Shown: positions 29,655 through 41,203, numbered from the stretch's first letter. The stretch: 64,000 nt of DNA from an uncultured Candidatus Rokubacteria bacterium (GCA_963708025.1 CAVPSB010000015.1:1-64000), one strand, 5' to 3'. Notes: generated by a model not told the origin, from the letters alone. Translations and numbers: made by a program.

Positions 29655-31913
29655 TCAGGCGGACGCGCGCGGAGTCGTCGCGCCGTCCGACGCGGTCGCC
29701 GCCGGGCCCGTGACCGCCGGGGAGGTCCCGCTCACCCGGGTGGCGGTCGGATCCGGCGGGACGACCACCGTGACCTGTCGGCCCGCGAACCTGATGCCCT
29801 CCGCGACAAACGCCTTCAGGATGCGCGCGTACGCTTCCCGCCGGATGAGGTACGGGGCGCTCCCGGGCTTCGCCATGAACTTCACTCGCACCATGAGCCC
29901 GCTCTCGTCGGTCGCGATGACCCCCTGCGACTTGAGCGGCTGGAGCAGCTCCGGGCCGAGCTCCGGGTCGGCCGCCAGCTCCTCGCCGACCCGCCGGACG
30001 ATCTTCTTGATCTTGGTCAGGTCGGTGTCGTACGTGAGGTGGAACTGCATCACGATGATCATCCAGTCGCGGCTCGTGTTGCAGAGCCGCTTGATCTCGC
30101 CGTACGGCAGGATGTTCAGCGCCCCCCGGTGGTGGCGCATGTGCAGGGAGCGGATCCCGATCTTCTCGACGGTTCCCTTGGAGTCGCCCGCCTCGATGTA
30201 CTCGCCGAGGCGGAACGCGTCGTCCATGAGGTAGAAGGCCCCCGAGACGACGTCCCGCACCAGCGTCTGGGACCCGAAGCCGATCGCGAGCCCGAGGACG
30301 CCGGCTCCGGCCAGGAGGGGCAGGATGTTGACGCCCAGCGCCGAGAGAATGCTGAGGGTGGCCATCACCACGATGGCCGCGAGCAGGAGCCCCCGGAAGA
30401 GGGGCAGGAGCGTCCGGACCCGCGAGGCCGGCTCGTCGCCGCCTTCCTCGCCGGGCTCGGCCGCGGCGGGGCCACGCTCGGCCACGAGCCGCCGGGCGAT
30501 GGCGGTCCGCGCCAGCTCCCACAGGGTCCGGGCCAGGAGCAGGGTGATGGCGATCCCGAGCAGGGCGTTCGAGATGCGCGCGCCGAGTCCCCGCTCCGCG
30601 AGCGTGAAGAGGCTCAGGTGCCACAGGTCCGCCAGCAGAAGCAGCCCGGCGACCGTCACCACGAAGTGGATCGCCCGGCGCAGCACCGGCTCGAAGGTCG
30701 CGCGCGCGTCCGTCGAGCCGTCCACGCGCCCCGGCCGGCCTGCCAGCAACGCCGCCAGGACGCGGCAGAGGACCATGTCCACCAGGGGCAAGGCGACGAG
30801 GAGCACCACGCTGAGGATCGGCGCCCACGACATCGTCGCCTGCCCCCCGACGATCTCCAGCGCCCGTGCCGCGTAGACGATGACCAGGTACGCGGTGACC
30901 AGCACGGGCCACGCCTCCGCCGCCAGCCGCCGGCCGGGTCCCGCTTCGCCGGGGCCCCGGATGAGCCGGGCCACGTCCGCCCGGATCCGCCAGATGGTGG
31001 CGAGCGCCAGGATCAGGAAGGCGGTGGCGAGGACGAGGGTGAGGGCGTCCAGGGTCGCGTCCGGGACCCCCAGGCCCCGGAGGATCGCGAGCGTGCCGAC
31101 CCCGAACGCGGAGAGCGCCGCCAGCCCGACCACGCCGCCGTGGAGCCGGCGAGCCGCCGGGTCGCCGAAGGGGAGGAGCCGCCGGGCCGGCGCCTCCGGC
31201 GCCAGCAGGAGCCCCGAGACCAGGGCGACGAGGCGCACCAGGACCACCGCCGCCAGGTACGTCAGCGCGAGCCGTCGTGTCGCCTGGTGGCCCTGGTAGA
31301 GCGCGAAGAAGACCGCGAGCGCGCCGGCGACGAACGCCAGGAGCCCGAGGAGGTCGAACGCGAGCCGCAGCGCGAGCCGGCCGGCCTGGGCGGCCAGTCC
31401 TTCCCCGGCGGCATCGTCGACCGCCTGCCGCACGCGCCGGACCGCGCGACGGAACAGCCGCTCGGCCAGGACTCCGGCGCCGAGCAGCACCCCGAACAGC
31501 ACGGCCACCAGGAGGAGGTGGCCCGTGCCGCGGCCCTCGAGGAAGCGGGCGCGGGCCTCGCCGAGCGCCGCGGGCAGCGCGGCCATGCCCCCGACCAGCT
31601 CCTCCGCCCGGGCCCGGATCTGCCGGGAACGGCCCTCCACGCCCTCGACCATGCCCATCACGGCGGCGCCGTCCACCGGCCGGGCCGGCCCGGCGGCGTG
31701 GTCGAGCTGGTCGATGAGGAGCTGCCGGACCTCGGCGTCGCTCAGCCGCGCGACCAGTTCACGGATCGCCTCGTGGGTGAGGGGCTCGGGCAGCTTCGGG
31801 GTGGCGGCCGCCTTCGTCGCCGCCTCCGCCTGGGCAAGGCAGGTCAGGGCCAGCAGCCCGCCGAGCGCGAGGCCGCACAACGCGAGTGCCGCACGCCGAT
31901 GGCCGCGAGGCAT
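29655..31913 (-). CDS. Large MscS-family mechanosensitive channel (alternative start 31958)
   Basis: LLAGAGVLGLAIGFGSQTLVRDVVSG, FRLGEYI and GTVEKIGIRS motifs; many TM segments. Confidence 0.9.
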   Translation of the reverse strand: MPRGHRRAALALCGLALGGLLALTCLAQAEAATKAAATPKLPEPLTHEAIRELVARLSDAEVRQLLIDQLDHAAGPARPVDGAAVMGMVEGVEGRSRQIRARAEELVGGMAALPAALGEARARFLEGRGTGHLLLVAVLFGVLLGAGVLAERLFRRAVRRVRQAVDDAAGEGLAAQAGRLALRLAFDLLGLLAFVAGALAVFFALYQGHQATRRLALTYLAAVVLVRLVALVSGLLLAPEAPARRLLPFGDPAARRLHGGVVGLAALSAFGVGTLAILRGLGVPDATLDALTLVLATAFLILALATIWRIRADVARLIRGPGEAGPGRRLAAEAWPVLVTAYLVIVYAARALEIVGGQATMSWAPILSVVLLVALPLVDMVLCRVLAALLAGRPGRVDGSTDARATFEPVLRRAIHFVVTVAGLLLLADLWHLSLFTLAERGLGARISNALLGIAITLLLARTLWELARTAIARRLVAERGPAAAEPGEEGGDEPASRVRTLLPLFRGLLLAAIVVMATLSILSALGVNILPLLAGAGVLGLAIGFGSQTLVRDVVSGAFYLMDDAFRLGEYIEAGDSKGTVEKIGIRSLHMRHHRGALNILPYGEIKRLCNTSRDWMIIVMQFHLTYDTDLTKIKKIVRRVGEELAADPELGPELLQPLKSQGVIATDESGLMVRVKFMAKPGSAPYLIRREAYARILKAFVAEGIRFAGRQVTVVVPPDPTATRVSGTSPAVTGPAATASDGATTPRASA

Positions 31914-32135
31914 GGCCCGCCTTGTCGCTGGTCGGGAGATCAGCCCCGCTCTCGGCACGACAGCCCCGGCTTCCGGCCGTCCCGGCTCTCCAGCAGCGCG
32001 GGAGCCATGCTCGCGCTATGGCATATCATGCCGGGCGGGCCCCCGTGCCCTTGGGGCGATGGCCGCGCCCGCGTGTGACGTTTCTGGATTCTAACGCGTC
32101 GGTCCCGTCGGGGTGCGCTGCGCAGACTGGACAGC

Positions 32136-32351
32136 TCACGCCGCCCGGGCCCTCGCCGCGACGTCGGGACGGACCGGTGCCAAACGGCTCTCACCCGGGC
32201 GCACCGACCGCTCGCAGCCATCATGCTCGCACCGGCACCGGACGCCGGCCGGGACGCCGGGCAACGCGCACCAGCGGCAGCACGGACGCTCCGCGGTGAC
32301 ACAGAAGCAGGCAGGGTTCGGACAGCTCTTCTCCCGGCGCTCCAGTTCCAT
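32136..32351 (-). CDS. Small Cys-rich metallothionein-like protein (71 aa)
   Basis: AGGAGG RBS; CPNPACFC..CCRWC..CRCEHDGC. Confidence 0.65.
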   Translation of the reverse strand: MELERREKSCPNPACFCVTAERPCCRWCALPGVPAGVRCRCEHDGCERSVRPGESRLAPVRPDVAARARAA

Positions 32352-32831
32352 CGTGGCCTCCTGCGCTGGCGTGGAGCCGCGCTCGCGAGGATACTCTACG
32401 GCGCGCTGCCAACCCGACGTGCACGACGTGTGCCGGCAGCCCCGGCTTCTTCTTGAGCCTGGCAAGGTCCTTGAAGTCGCCCACAGCGAGAAGGAGAGAA
32501 CAAGGATCGTGGCGGCACGGCACCGGCGGACAGGCGGCTCTGGTTCTCGCCCCGACAGGGGCCGCGGGCCCTGATCTTCACGTTGATCGGTTCGGTCGCG
32601 AACCATTGACCCGAGCGCGATCGGTGGCGGCGCAGCGGGCCCGCAACCCCTGGTCGAGGTGAGGCGACCGCGCCCCATGTGGGGCGAGAGTTCCGCGTCC
32701 CTCGATTCCGGCTCCACCGGATCACGTCGTCGGCGGGGGGGCCTCGACATCGTGCGCGGTGAGGGCATGCGCGGGCGCGGCGACGAGGAGGTCTGGAAGG
32801 ATCTTCGCGCGCCGAGCGTCGGGATTGCGCG

Positions 32832-35700
32832 GTGAGCACTGGCCCCGACCCCGGCGGACGTGGAGGACCGCGGTCGGCGCGGCTCGGCCCGACCGGCCTC
32901 GGCAAGCTCGATCGGGAGAAGGTCGAGCAGACGGTCCTCGACGTCGTCGACGGGCTCGTGGCCGAGCTGGGCGGTGGCGCCCTACGGCGGGGCGCGGCCC
33001 TCGACGACGCCCTCGACCGCGACCTCGGCCTCGGCAGCCTCGAGCGGGTCGAGCTGCTCCTGCGCCTCGAGCAGGCGTTCGGCGTTCGCCTCCCGGACGC
33101 CGTGATGGCGGAGGCCGGGAGTCCGGGAGACCTCGTCACGGCGCTCCTCGCGGCGCGGCCCGTGGCGCCGGAGCCCACGCCGGTCCCGGCGCCCCGGGTC
33201 GCCGCGGGCCGGGCCCCTCCGGCGAGCGTGCGCACGCTCGTCGAAGCGCTGCGCTGGCACGTCGAGGCCGATCCGGAGCGTGCTCACGTCTTCCTCCGGG
33301 GGGAGGACGGGCCGGACCGGACGATCAGCTACGGCGCCCTCTGGTCGGGCGCCGCCGCCGTCTCGGCCGGCCTCCGCGCTGGCGGCCTGGAGCCGGGGGA
33401 GCGCGTCGCCCTCATGCTGCGGACGGAGGAGGCCTTCTTCGCGGCGTTCTTCGGCACGCTGATGGCCGGCGGCATCGCGGTCCCGATCTACCCGCCGTTC
33501 CGCCGCGACCGGCTGGAGGAGTACGCGCACCGGCAGGCCGCCATCCTGAAAAACGCCGAGGCGGGCTGGCTCCTGACCTTCGCGGAAGCCACGCCCGTGG
33601 CGGGACTGCTCCGCTCGCGTGTGCCCTCGCTGCGGTCGGTGACGACCGTCGGCGATGTGGCTCGTGATGCCGCGCCGCCCCCGAAGTCCCGTCGCCGCGC
33701 CGGCGACGCCGCGCTCATCCAGTACACCTCGGGCAGCACGGGCGACCCGAAGGGGGTGCTCCTGACCCACGCCAACGTGCTGGCCAACATCCGCGCGATC
33801 GGGGAGGCGATCGCCATGGGCCCCGAGGACGTCGGCGTGAGCTGGCTTCCCGCTCTACCACGACATGGGGCTGATCGGATCGTGGCTGGCCGCCCTTTAC
33901 TTCGGCATCCCGATCGCGATCCTCTCGCCGATCGCCTTCCTCACCCGCCCGGCCCGCTGGCTGTTGACGCTCGCCGCCCACCGGGGCACGCTCTCCGCGG
34001 CCCCCAACTTCGCCTTCGACCTCTGCGTCCGGAAAGTCGCCGACGAGGAGATCCGAGGCCTCGATCTCTCCGCCTGGCGGCTCGCCTTCAACGGATCGGA
34101 GCCGGTCAGCCCTGACACGATCGAGCGCTTCACGCGCCGCTTCGCACCCTACGGCTTCCGGCCCGAGGCGATGTGCCCGGTGTACGGCCTGGCCGAGGCC
34201 GCGGTCGCCCTGACCGTGCCCGCGCTTGGCCGCCCGCCCCGGCTGGATCGCGTCCTCCGGGAGCCATTCCAGCGCACGGGCCGGGCGTTCCCGGCACCCG
34301 CCGCGGACGCGAGCCCCCTCCGGTTCGTCGACTGTGGCCGACCCTTGCCGGCCCACGAGGTGCGGATCGTCGACCCCGCCGGCCGGTCGGTCGGGGAGCG
34401 GGTGGAAGGACGGATCGAGTTCCGCGGCCCGTCGGTGACGGGCGGCTACTTCCGGAATCCGGAGGCGACCCGGACGGCCGTGCGCGACGGCTGGATGGAC
34501 TCGGGCGACCTGGGCTACTGGGCGGAAGGCGACCTCTTCGTCACGGGACGGCAGAAGGACCTGATCATCAAGGCCGGGCGCAACCTCTATCCGCCGGAGG
34601 TGGAGGAGCTGGCGGGGGAAGTCCCTGGGATCCGGAAGGGATGCGTGGCCGCCTTCGGCGTGGCCGACCCCGCGATCGGGACGGAACGGCTCGTCGTGAT
34701 CGCGGAGAGCCGGGAGACCGAGGCGGGCGCCCGGGAGCGCCTCCGAGCCGCCGTCGTCGATCGGGTCGCCTCGGGGCTGGGACTGCCCCCCGATACCGTG
34801 GTGATCGCCGCGCCGGGAACGGTCCCGAAGACCTCGAGCGGGAAGGTTCGACGACGGGCCGCGCGGGAGGCGTACGTGCGCGGCGACCTGGCGCGTCCCC
34901 CGCGGTCGGCCGCCCGGCAGTGGGTTCGGCTGCGCGCGGAGGACCTGGGGCTCCGCCTGGCACGTCTCGCCGGTGCAGCGGCCCGGCTGGCGTTCGCCGC
35001 CTACGTCGCGGCGTGGCTCCTCCTCACGCTGCCGCCGCTGTGGGTCGGCGTCGTGCTGGCTCCGGGCGCCGGGGCCGCCGGCCGGCTGGTGCGCCGGTGG
35101 TGCCGCCTGGCGCTCTTCCTCGGCGGCTGCCGGCTCCGCGTCGAGGGGCTCGAGCACCTGCCGGCCACCGGGTCGGCCGTCCTCGCCGCCAACCACGCGA
35201 GCTACCTCGACGCGGCCGTGCTCATCGCCGCGCTCCCCGCGGGCCTCCGCTTCGTGGCCAAGCGCGAGCTGACGGCGTATCCCGTCATCGGGACGGTGAT
35301 CCGGAAGGTCGGCCACCTGACAGTCGAGCGGGGACACCCGGCGCGCAGCGCCGCGGGCGCGGAGCGCGTCAGCCGGGCGCTGGCCGAAGGGCTTCTGCTG
35401 CTCGTCTTCCCCGAGGGCACGTTCCGCCGGGCCCCGGGCCTGCTGCCCTTCCGGCTCGGGGCCTTCAAGGCCGCCGTGGAGCAGCGGCGGCCGGTGATCC
35501 CCGTCGGGATCCGCGGGACCCGCGACGTCCTCTCCGCCGATACCTGGCTGCTGCGGCCGGGGCCGGTCGCGGTGACGCTCGGGGCCCCGGTCTTCCCGGA
35601 GGGGACCGGGTGGCCGGCGATGGTGCGGTTGCGCGACCGGGTGCGCGCCGACACCGCGCGCCTGGCCGAGGAGCCCCCGGTCGAGCCGCGGGCCATCTGA
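32832..35700 (+). CDS. ACP-fatty acyl-AMP ligase-lysophospholipid acyltransferase fusion (frameshift near 33850)
   Basis: LGLGSL ACP serine; YTSGSTGDPKG; WLP|LYHDMGLIG split by one extra base; YGLAE, SGDLG, KTSSGK; NHASYLD and FPEGT. Confidence 0.88.
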
Positions 35701-35787
35701 GAGCGTGTGAAGCACATGGGTCCTCCGACTCCCCCCTCCCCCCGGTGGGTGGGGGAGGGGGGTTGGGGGGGAGGAGGGAGGTCCCGA
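35699..35787 (+). repeat. About 88-bp C-rich/G-rich palindromic repeat, copy 1
   Basis: GAGAGCGTGTGAAG...CTCCCCC..CGGTGGG..GGAGGGGGGTTGGGGGG..GGGAGGTCCCGA, shared with 44077-44162. Confidence 0.75.
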
Positions 35788-35902
35788 GAACATCGGGGGA
35801 GTCTCGGTCGTCATCGAGCCAAGGGCCGACCGGGGACCGATTCCGGACCCGGCGCGAATCCTGCTGATCTCGAGGGCCGGGGCCCGATGGGGGAGGGCGG
35901 TG

Positions 35903-35918
35903 TGGCCTCGCGGTTGCA
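35903..35918 (+). promoter_or_regulatory. Sigma-54 (-24/-12) promoter candidate
   Basis: TGGCCTCGCGGTTGCA (GG-N10-GC). Confidence 0.5.
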
Positions 35919-36285
35919 CCGAGGCAGGCTAGTCGTCGTCTCGGTGGGGGAACAGGGTGGTTCTCGCGCTCGCCGTCGTCCGGGTTCGGTGTCCCATGCC
36001 CGCCCCAGTGGGACGGAACAGCCCCGAGCCGCGGCGTGCCGGGCTCCGGTCATGTGGAACCCGGTCGGATCGTTGCTCCTGGGGAGTGGCGTCCCGGTTG
36101 TGAGGTCAGAAGGGAGGAGCGAGGCCGGTGATCACGGCTGTCCGGAGGCCCTGCGCGAACCCCGTGTGCTCCTGTGAGCCGTCGGATGGCGGATGCTCGC
36201 CGTGGTGTCGAGCGCTGGACCGTCCGGCTGGAGAGTGGTGCCGGTGCGGCCATGATGGCTGCGCGCCAGCACCACCCCGTGGAGT

Positions 36286-36420
36286 GTGGACATCTTCGAT
36301 GCGCCGGACGAGATCGTCGCCGCCAAGGTGGTGATGATCATCCGGTCCTTCGGCCATGCCACCACGGAGACCTGGACCGCGATGCCCTGGGAGCGATTCG
36401 AGATCGTGATCCCGGCCTGA
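36286..36420 (+). pseudogene. GYD-domain protein C-terminal remnant
   Basis: [38 protein letters not shown], with no intact N-terminus. Confidence 0.6.
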
Positions 36421-36498
36421 TCACGTCAACGACCCGGCTCGTCAGGGCCGGGTCGCGATCCGGCGACACGGACGCGAGGATCACGAGAGGGGAACCGG

Positions 36499-37524
36499 GT
36501 GGCGCGGAGACCCGTGGTGCTGGTGACCGGCGCCAGCGGCGAGATGGGAGACAGCCTGATCCGCCATCTGGCGGAGCGGGGGACCTTCGACGTCCTGGCC
36601 CTCGACGTCCGGCCCATGGATCCGGAGCTGGCGCGCCGGTGCGCGGCGACCCGGGTCGGCGACGTCCTCGACCGTCACCTGCTCGACCGGCTGAGGAGCG
36701 AGTTCGAGATCGCCGTCGTCTTTCACCTGGCGGCGCTCCTCTCGACGCGCGCGGAGTTCGTGCCCGAGACCGCCCACGAGGTCAACGTGCAGGGCACGCT
36801 GAATCTTCTCCAGCTCGCGCTCGAAGAGGCGCGCTCCCACGGCCGGCCGGTGAAGTTCCTCTTCCCGAGCTCGATCGCGGTCTACGGGCTCCCGGACCTG
36901 CCGAGCAAGCGCCGGGCCGGGAAGGTCGCCGAGCCGGAGTGGACAGAGCCGGTGACGATGTACGGCTGCAACAAGCTCTACTGCGAGCATCTCGGCCGCT
37001 ACTTCGCCCGTCACTACCGCCAGCTCGCGGCCCAGGACGCGCCGCGCGGCGTCGACTTCCGGGCCATCCGGTTTCCCGGGCTGATCTCGGCGTTCACGGT
37101 GCCGAGCGGGGGGACGAGCGACTACGCCCCGGAGATGATTCACGCGGCGGCCCAGGGCCGGGCCTACGCGTGCTTCGTCCGCGAGGACACGCGCATCCCC
37201 TTCATGGCGATGCCGGATGCGATCCAGGCGCTGCTCACCCTGATGGACGCCCCGGCCGGGTCGCTCACGACCCTGGTGTACAACGTCCGCGCCTTCAACC
37301 CGAGCGCCGGCGAGCTCGCGGGCCTGGTCCGGACCGCGTTCCCGGGAGAGCGGATCACCTTCGCGCCGGATCCGCGCCGCCAGGCGATCGTGGACTCGTG
37401 GCCGGAGGACGTGGACGATACGAGGGCGCGCCGGGACTGGGGCTTCCGCGCGTCGTACGATCTCGAGCGCACGTTCGAGGAGTACCTCGTGCCGAACATC
37501 ACCCGGCGCTACGCCGCCGGGTGA
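36499..37524 (+). CDS. tdh: SDR-type L-threonine 3-dehydrogenase (NAD-dependent epimerase/dehydratase family)
   Basis: [27 protein letters not shown] and RQAIVDSWP motifs; adjacent to kbl. Confidence 0.85.
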   Translation: MARRPVVLVTGASGEMGDSLIRHLAERGTFDVLALDVRPMDPELARRCAATRVGDVLDRHLLDRLRSEFEIAVVFHLAALLSTRAEFVPETAHEVNVQGTLNLLQLALEEARSHGRPVKFLFPSSIAVYGLPDLPSKRRAGKVAEPEWTEPVTMYGCNKLYCEHLGRYFARHYRQLAAQDAPRGVDFRAIRFPGLISAFTVPSGGTSDYAPEMIHAAAQGRAYACFVREDTRIPFMAMPDAIQALLTLMDAPAGSLTTLVYNVRAFNPSAGELAGLVRTAFPGERITFAPDPRRQAIVDSWPEDVDDTRARRDWGFRASYDLERTFEEYLVPNITRRYAAG

Positions 37525-37574
37525 GCGGGCGGGCGCCGTCCACGAGCGGCGGGGGGCGGCGGGGGAGACGGGTC

Positions 37575-38759
37575 ATGTACGGTGCGGTGAGGACGCGGCT
37601 CCAGGCCGAGCTGGACGAGATCCGCGAATCCGGGCTCTGGAAGGCCGAGCGCGTGATCGATGGCCCGCAGGGGGTCGAGGTGATGGTCGGCGGCCGGAGG
37701 CTGCTCAACTTCTGCGCGAACAACTACCTCGGGCTGGCCAACGACCCGGGGCTCGTCCGCGCGGCGCAGGACGGGCTCGGGCGCTGGGGGTTCGGGCTCA
37801 GCAGCGTCCGGTTCATCTGCGGGACGCAGGCGATCCACACGGAGCTGGAAGCGGCGATCGCCCGCTTCCTCGGCATTGACGACGCGATCCTCTACACGTC
37901 GTGCTTCGACGCCAACGGAGGCCTCTTCGAGACGCTGCTCGGCGAGCCGGACGCCGTCATCTCCGACGCCCTCAACCATGCCTCGATCATCGACGGCGTC
38001 CGGCTCTGCCGCGCGCGGCGCTACCGCTACGAGCACCGGGACCTGGGCGATCTCGAGCGGGCCCTGAAGGAGAGCGGCGGCGCCCGGACCCGGCTGATCG
38101 CCACCGACGGCGTCTTCTCGATGGACGGGGACGTGGCCCCGCTGGCCGAGATCTGCGCGCTGGCCGACCGGTACGACGCGCTGGTGATGGTGGACGATAG
38201 CCACGCCACGGGCTTCGTGGGCCCGACGGGTCGGGGCACGCCCGAGCATTGCGGGGTGGCCGACCGCGTGGACATCGTCACCTCCACGCTCGGCAAGGCC
38301 CTCGGCGGCGCCAGCGGCGGCTTCACGGCCGCCCGGCGCGAGATCGTCGCCCTGTTGCGCCAGCGATCGCGGCCGTATCTCTTCTCGAACACGCTGGCGC
38401 CGGCCATCGTGTGCGCGTGCCTCGCGTGCCTCGGGATGCTCTCCGAGACCACCGCGCGGCGCGACCGGCTCGAGGCCCACACGCGCTGGTTTCGCCGGGC
38501 CATGACCGACGCCGGATTCGACATCCGCCCCGGCGTCCACCCCATCGTGCCCATCATGCTGGGGGACGCGCGCCTCGCGCAGCAGATGGCCGCCGACCTG
38601 CTGAGCGAGGGCATCTACGTCGTCGGCTTCTTCTACCCGGTGGTCCCCCGAGGCCAGGCCCGCATCCGGGTCCAGATCAGCGCCGCCCACGAGCCGGCCC
38701 ATCTCGAGCGCGCGGTCACCGCGTTCGTGAAGGTCGGCCACGCCCACGGCGTCATCTGA
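37575..38759 (+). CDS. kbl: Glycine C-acetyltransferase (2-amino-3-ketobutyrate CoA ligase)
   Basis: [45 protein letters not shown]. Confidence 0.95.
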   Translation: MYGAVRTRLQAELDEIRESGLWKAERVIDGPQGVEVMVGGRRLLNFCANNYLGLANDPGLVRAAQDGLGRWGFGLSSVRFICGTQAIHTELEAAIARFLGIDDAILYTSCFDANGGLFETLLGEPDAVISDALNHASIIDGVRLCRARRYRYEHRDLGDLERALKESGGARTRLIATDGVFSMDGDVAPLAEICALADRYDALVMVDDSHATGFVGPTGRGTPEHCGVADRVDIVTSTLGKALGGASGGFTAARREIVALLRQRSRPYLFSNTLAPAIVCACLACLGMLSETTARRDRLEAHTRWFRRAMTDAGFDIRPGVHPIVPIMLGDARLAQQMAADLLSEGIYVVGFFYPVVPRGQARIRVQISAAHEPAHLERAVTAFVKVGHAHGVI

Positions 38760-38970
38760 TCCGGAGGCGCCGGCCCACCAGCACCCGCGCCTCGTCCGGC
38801 GTCAGCTCGATGTGGAGTGGCCCCTGTTCCTCGCGCGGCAGCTTGCGCGGCGGGCGCGGACCCCCGGCGATTTGGGGCATCGGCTCGAAATGCTCACACG
38901 GACACCCCGGGACGCGACACCTGCCGCCGAGACCATGATCGCTCTCGGAATGACCGCAAATGCACGTCAT
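38752..38970 (-). CDS. Small Cys/His-rich putative zinc-binding protein (72 aa)
   Basis: [19 protein letters not shown]...[11 protein letters not shown]. Confidence 0.6.
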   Translation of the reverse strand: MTCICGHSESDHGLGGRCRVPGCPCEHFEPMPQIAGGPRPPRKLPREEQGPLHIELTPDEARVLVGRRLRIR

Positions 38971-39087
38971 CGGCTCACCTCTTGGTCCGTGAGCGCAGCA
39001 ACCGGCTTGCCGCCGTCGTGCTGCGGCTGGCTGGCCGGACCTTGCCCGCCGCCCGCGGCCTGTCGGGTGCGGCGGCGCCGCGACGAC

Positions 39088-39567
39088 CTACCCGGCGGCG
39101 ACGGACTCCGGCACGGCGAAGCGCCCCACGCGAGGCCCGGCGACGCGCACGAACTCCGTCGCCCGCATGTGGATCGCCGTCGCGCGGTCACCCGCCGGCA
39201 TCGTGATCTCGCGCTGGTTCACGAGCGCCTCGTCGGCGAAGGTGGGGACGCCGAAGAGCCGGCCGAACGGCGGGAGCGCGCCGGGCTCGCAGTCGGGGGC
39301 GAGCCGGACGATCTCCTCGAGGCTGGCGAGCTCGGCCATCTCCCGTCCCATCAGCCCCCGGAGCAGACCGAGATCGATGACGCAGCAGGCCGGCAGCACG
39401 GCCAGCGCGAAGCCGTCGTCCTTCTTCACGACGACGACCTTCGCCCAGCTCCAGCCGGAGACGTGCGCGGCCGCCGCTTGCTCTTGCGCCGTGAACGCCT
39501 CGGGGTGGGCCACGACGTCGTACTTGGCCAGCCGGGCCGCGAGGAGCTCCTCGACTCGCCGGTTCAT
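39088..39567 (-). CDS. YbaK/aminoacyl-tRNA deacylase family protein
   Basis: HPEAFTAQ, AKVVVV and DCEPGALPPFG motifs. Confidence 0.88.
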   Translation of the reverse strand: MNRRVEELLAARLAKYDVVAHPEAFTAQEQAAAAHVSGWSWAKVVVVKKDDGFALAVLPACCVIDLGLLRGLMGREMAELASLEEIVRLAPDCEPGALPPFGRLFGVPTFADEALVNQREITMPAGDRATAIHMRATEFVRVAGPRVGRFAVPESVAAG

Positions 39568-39956
39568 ACGGCCTCCACCCAGACTTCCTTGAGATCCTTC
39601 GGAAGCTGTGCCATGACGTCCTCCGCCTCACCCGGGGAGAGCTGCCCCTTGAGGGCCGCGAACACCCCGAGGGTGAGCCACTGCGCCTCCTGAGCGGTGA
39701 GCAGACCAGCGTCCCCGCGCACCCGCTCGTAGAACTGCTCACGGTCCATCTTCAGCGGGGTGCGCTGCGCCTCCTCTCCCTCCGACCAGACGACCTTGAG
39801 GGGGCCTGGGAGCTGGGCGGCGACCTGATCGGCTTCGTCCGGCGTCAGGCGGTCGCGGAGCGCGCGACACACCGCGGCGGTTCCGCGCTTCGCCTCCTCG
39901 TGGTCGCACTGCCCGAGTCGCTCGCGTACCGCGCGATAGAACGCTTGTGTATCCAT
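39564..39956 (-). CDS. DUF2267 family protein
   Basis: Duplicated L..RL...EA..V.AQLP..LK.VW repeat; GGAGG RBS. Confidence 0.82.
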   Translation of the reverse strand: MDTQAFYRAVRERLGQCDHEEAKRGTAAVCRALRDRLTPDEADQVAAQLPGPLKVVWSEGEEAQRTPLKMDREQFYERVRGDAGLLTAQEAQWLTLGVFAALKGQLSPGEAEDVMAQLPKDLKEVWVEAV

Positions 39957-39969
39957 CCGCATCCCTCCG

Positions 39970-40647
39970 TGTCGATCGGCCGCGCGCCGATCCCGCCGAT
40001 CCCATGGTGGTCGCCCGCCGGGCTCGACCCCGAAGCGCCGGCGCCCGCGGCGCGCGGGGTCGGTAGGTGCGGCCTTCCACCCCGATCTCCCCGAACGCAG
40101 GCTGCTGGCCGCTGTCGAGGGCTCGGAGCGTCGGCCGGCCGAGATGGGCGAAGACCAGGCGACCGACGTGACGGCGTCGGGCGGCCGTCGCCACCGCGCG
40201 CACCGGGGCGTGACCGCCGACTCCGCCCGCGAACCGGATCGGCTGGTCCCAGCCGGCGGCGTCCGCGAACACGAGCGCCGCGCCGGCCGCCCACGCCGGG
40301 AACCGCAGGAACTCGGGCGCCCAGACGATCCGATGCCGCCCGGTGGCGATCAGATAGCCGTAGGTGGGATGCGCCGTGTGGACGACCCGCCGCGGGACGA
40401 CGTGAAGCCCGCCACGCCGGTAGCCGGCGACCCGGGGCGCCAGCCCCCGAGCCGCGGCGAGGTGTCGGATCGCTCCGATCAGCTCGGCCCGGGGGTCGGT
40501 CACGAGCCAGGCATCCAGTCGCCCCTCGGGTTCCGCCCCCGGACCCCCGTCCAGCATGACGCGCTGACCGCGGTGCTCGACGAGCAGACCCGCCGGGGCA
40601 TGACGGGGGGAGGCCATGGCCCCGATGCCGAGGAGCGTGACTCGCAC
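39970..40647 (-). CDS. Degenerate MBL-fold-like hypothetical protein (3' end uncertain)
   Basis: TLLGIGAM..PAGLLVEH..MLDGG, VVHTAHPTYGY and LVFAHLG; lacks HxHxDH; the frame runs on into the DUF2267 gene. Confidence 0.55.
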
Positions 40648-40669
40648 GGAGGAGGGCCCCGGTGTTCGC

Positions 40670-41014
40670 TCACCGCCGGCCGGGCCCATCGATTCGTACC
40701 GTCGGTCCGAGCGTCGCTTCGGGCCCGGCGACCGCGCGCCCGCCCGTGGCCGCCTCGGTGCGAGCTTCCAGCTTCTCGTGCCGCGCGATCTCCGCCTTGA
40801 GCGCCTGCTGCACCCCGACCAGCCGATCGCTGTAGGAAACGGGATACGAGGCCGGTTCCCGGAGCCAAACCTGCATCCCCTCCCTGAAGTAGGAAGCCGC
40901 CATCGTCAGCTCGTAGAGGTCGGTGAACAGGGCCGCGTGGCGGGTGATCAGGGGCCCCGACACGAAGGCCCCGAGTTCTCCGTTCGGCGAGCCGTGCGGC
41001 GGGTCGTCGCTCAT
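40670..41014 (-). pseudogene. pncB: Nicotinate phosphoribosyltransferase with a large internal deletion
   Basis: ALFTDLYELTMAASYFREGM (N-terminus) joined in frame to LREPASYPVSYSDRL (C-terminus-like). Confidence 0.7.
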
Positions 41015-41030
41015 GGCGTCAGAGTTTTGC

Positions 41031-41046
41031 CGCAAGCGCCGTGCCC
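41031..41046 (-). promoter_or_regulatory. Sigma-54 promoter candidate (pncB-remnant operon)
   Basis: Minus strand GGGCACGGCGCTTGCG. Confidence 0.55.
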
Positions 41047-41187
41047 GCCCCCGTCCGGCCCCCGGCAGCCGAACCGCAGCACCGGGGCGCTTCCGGCGAC
41101 CGATGGGTGTCGCCCCGCCGCCTCAGGTGAGGCGGCCATGCCCCATCTCACACCGGCGCCTCCCGCTCTTGCGCGAGCCCTGTGCGG

Positions 41188-41203
41188 TGGCAGCCTGCTT
41201 GCT
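41188..41203 (+). promoter_or_regulatory. Sigma-54 promoter candidate (BON gene)
   Basis: TGGCAGCCTGCTTGCT. Confidence 0.6.

Noticed and set aside
32400-32830. Possible gene remnant or riboswitch upstream of the FAAL fusion
   Set aside because: Only faint protein-like stretches and no recognisable RNA motif; not supportable by eye.
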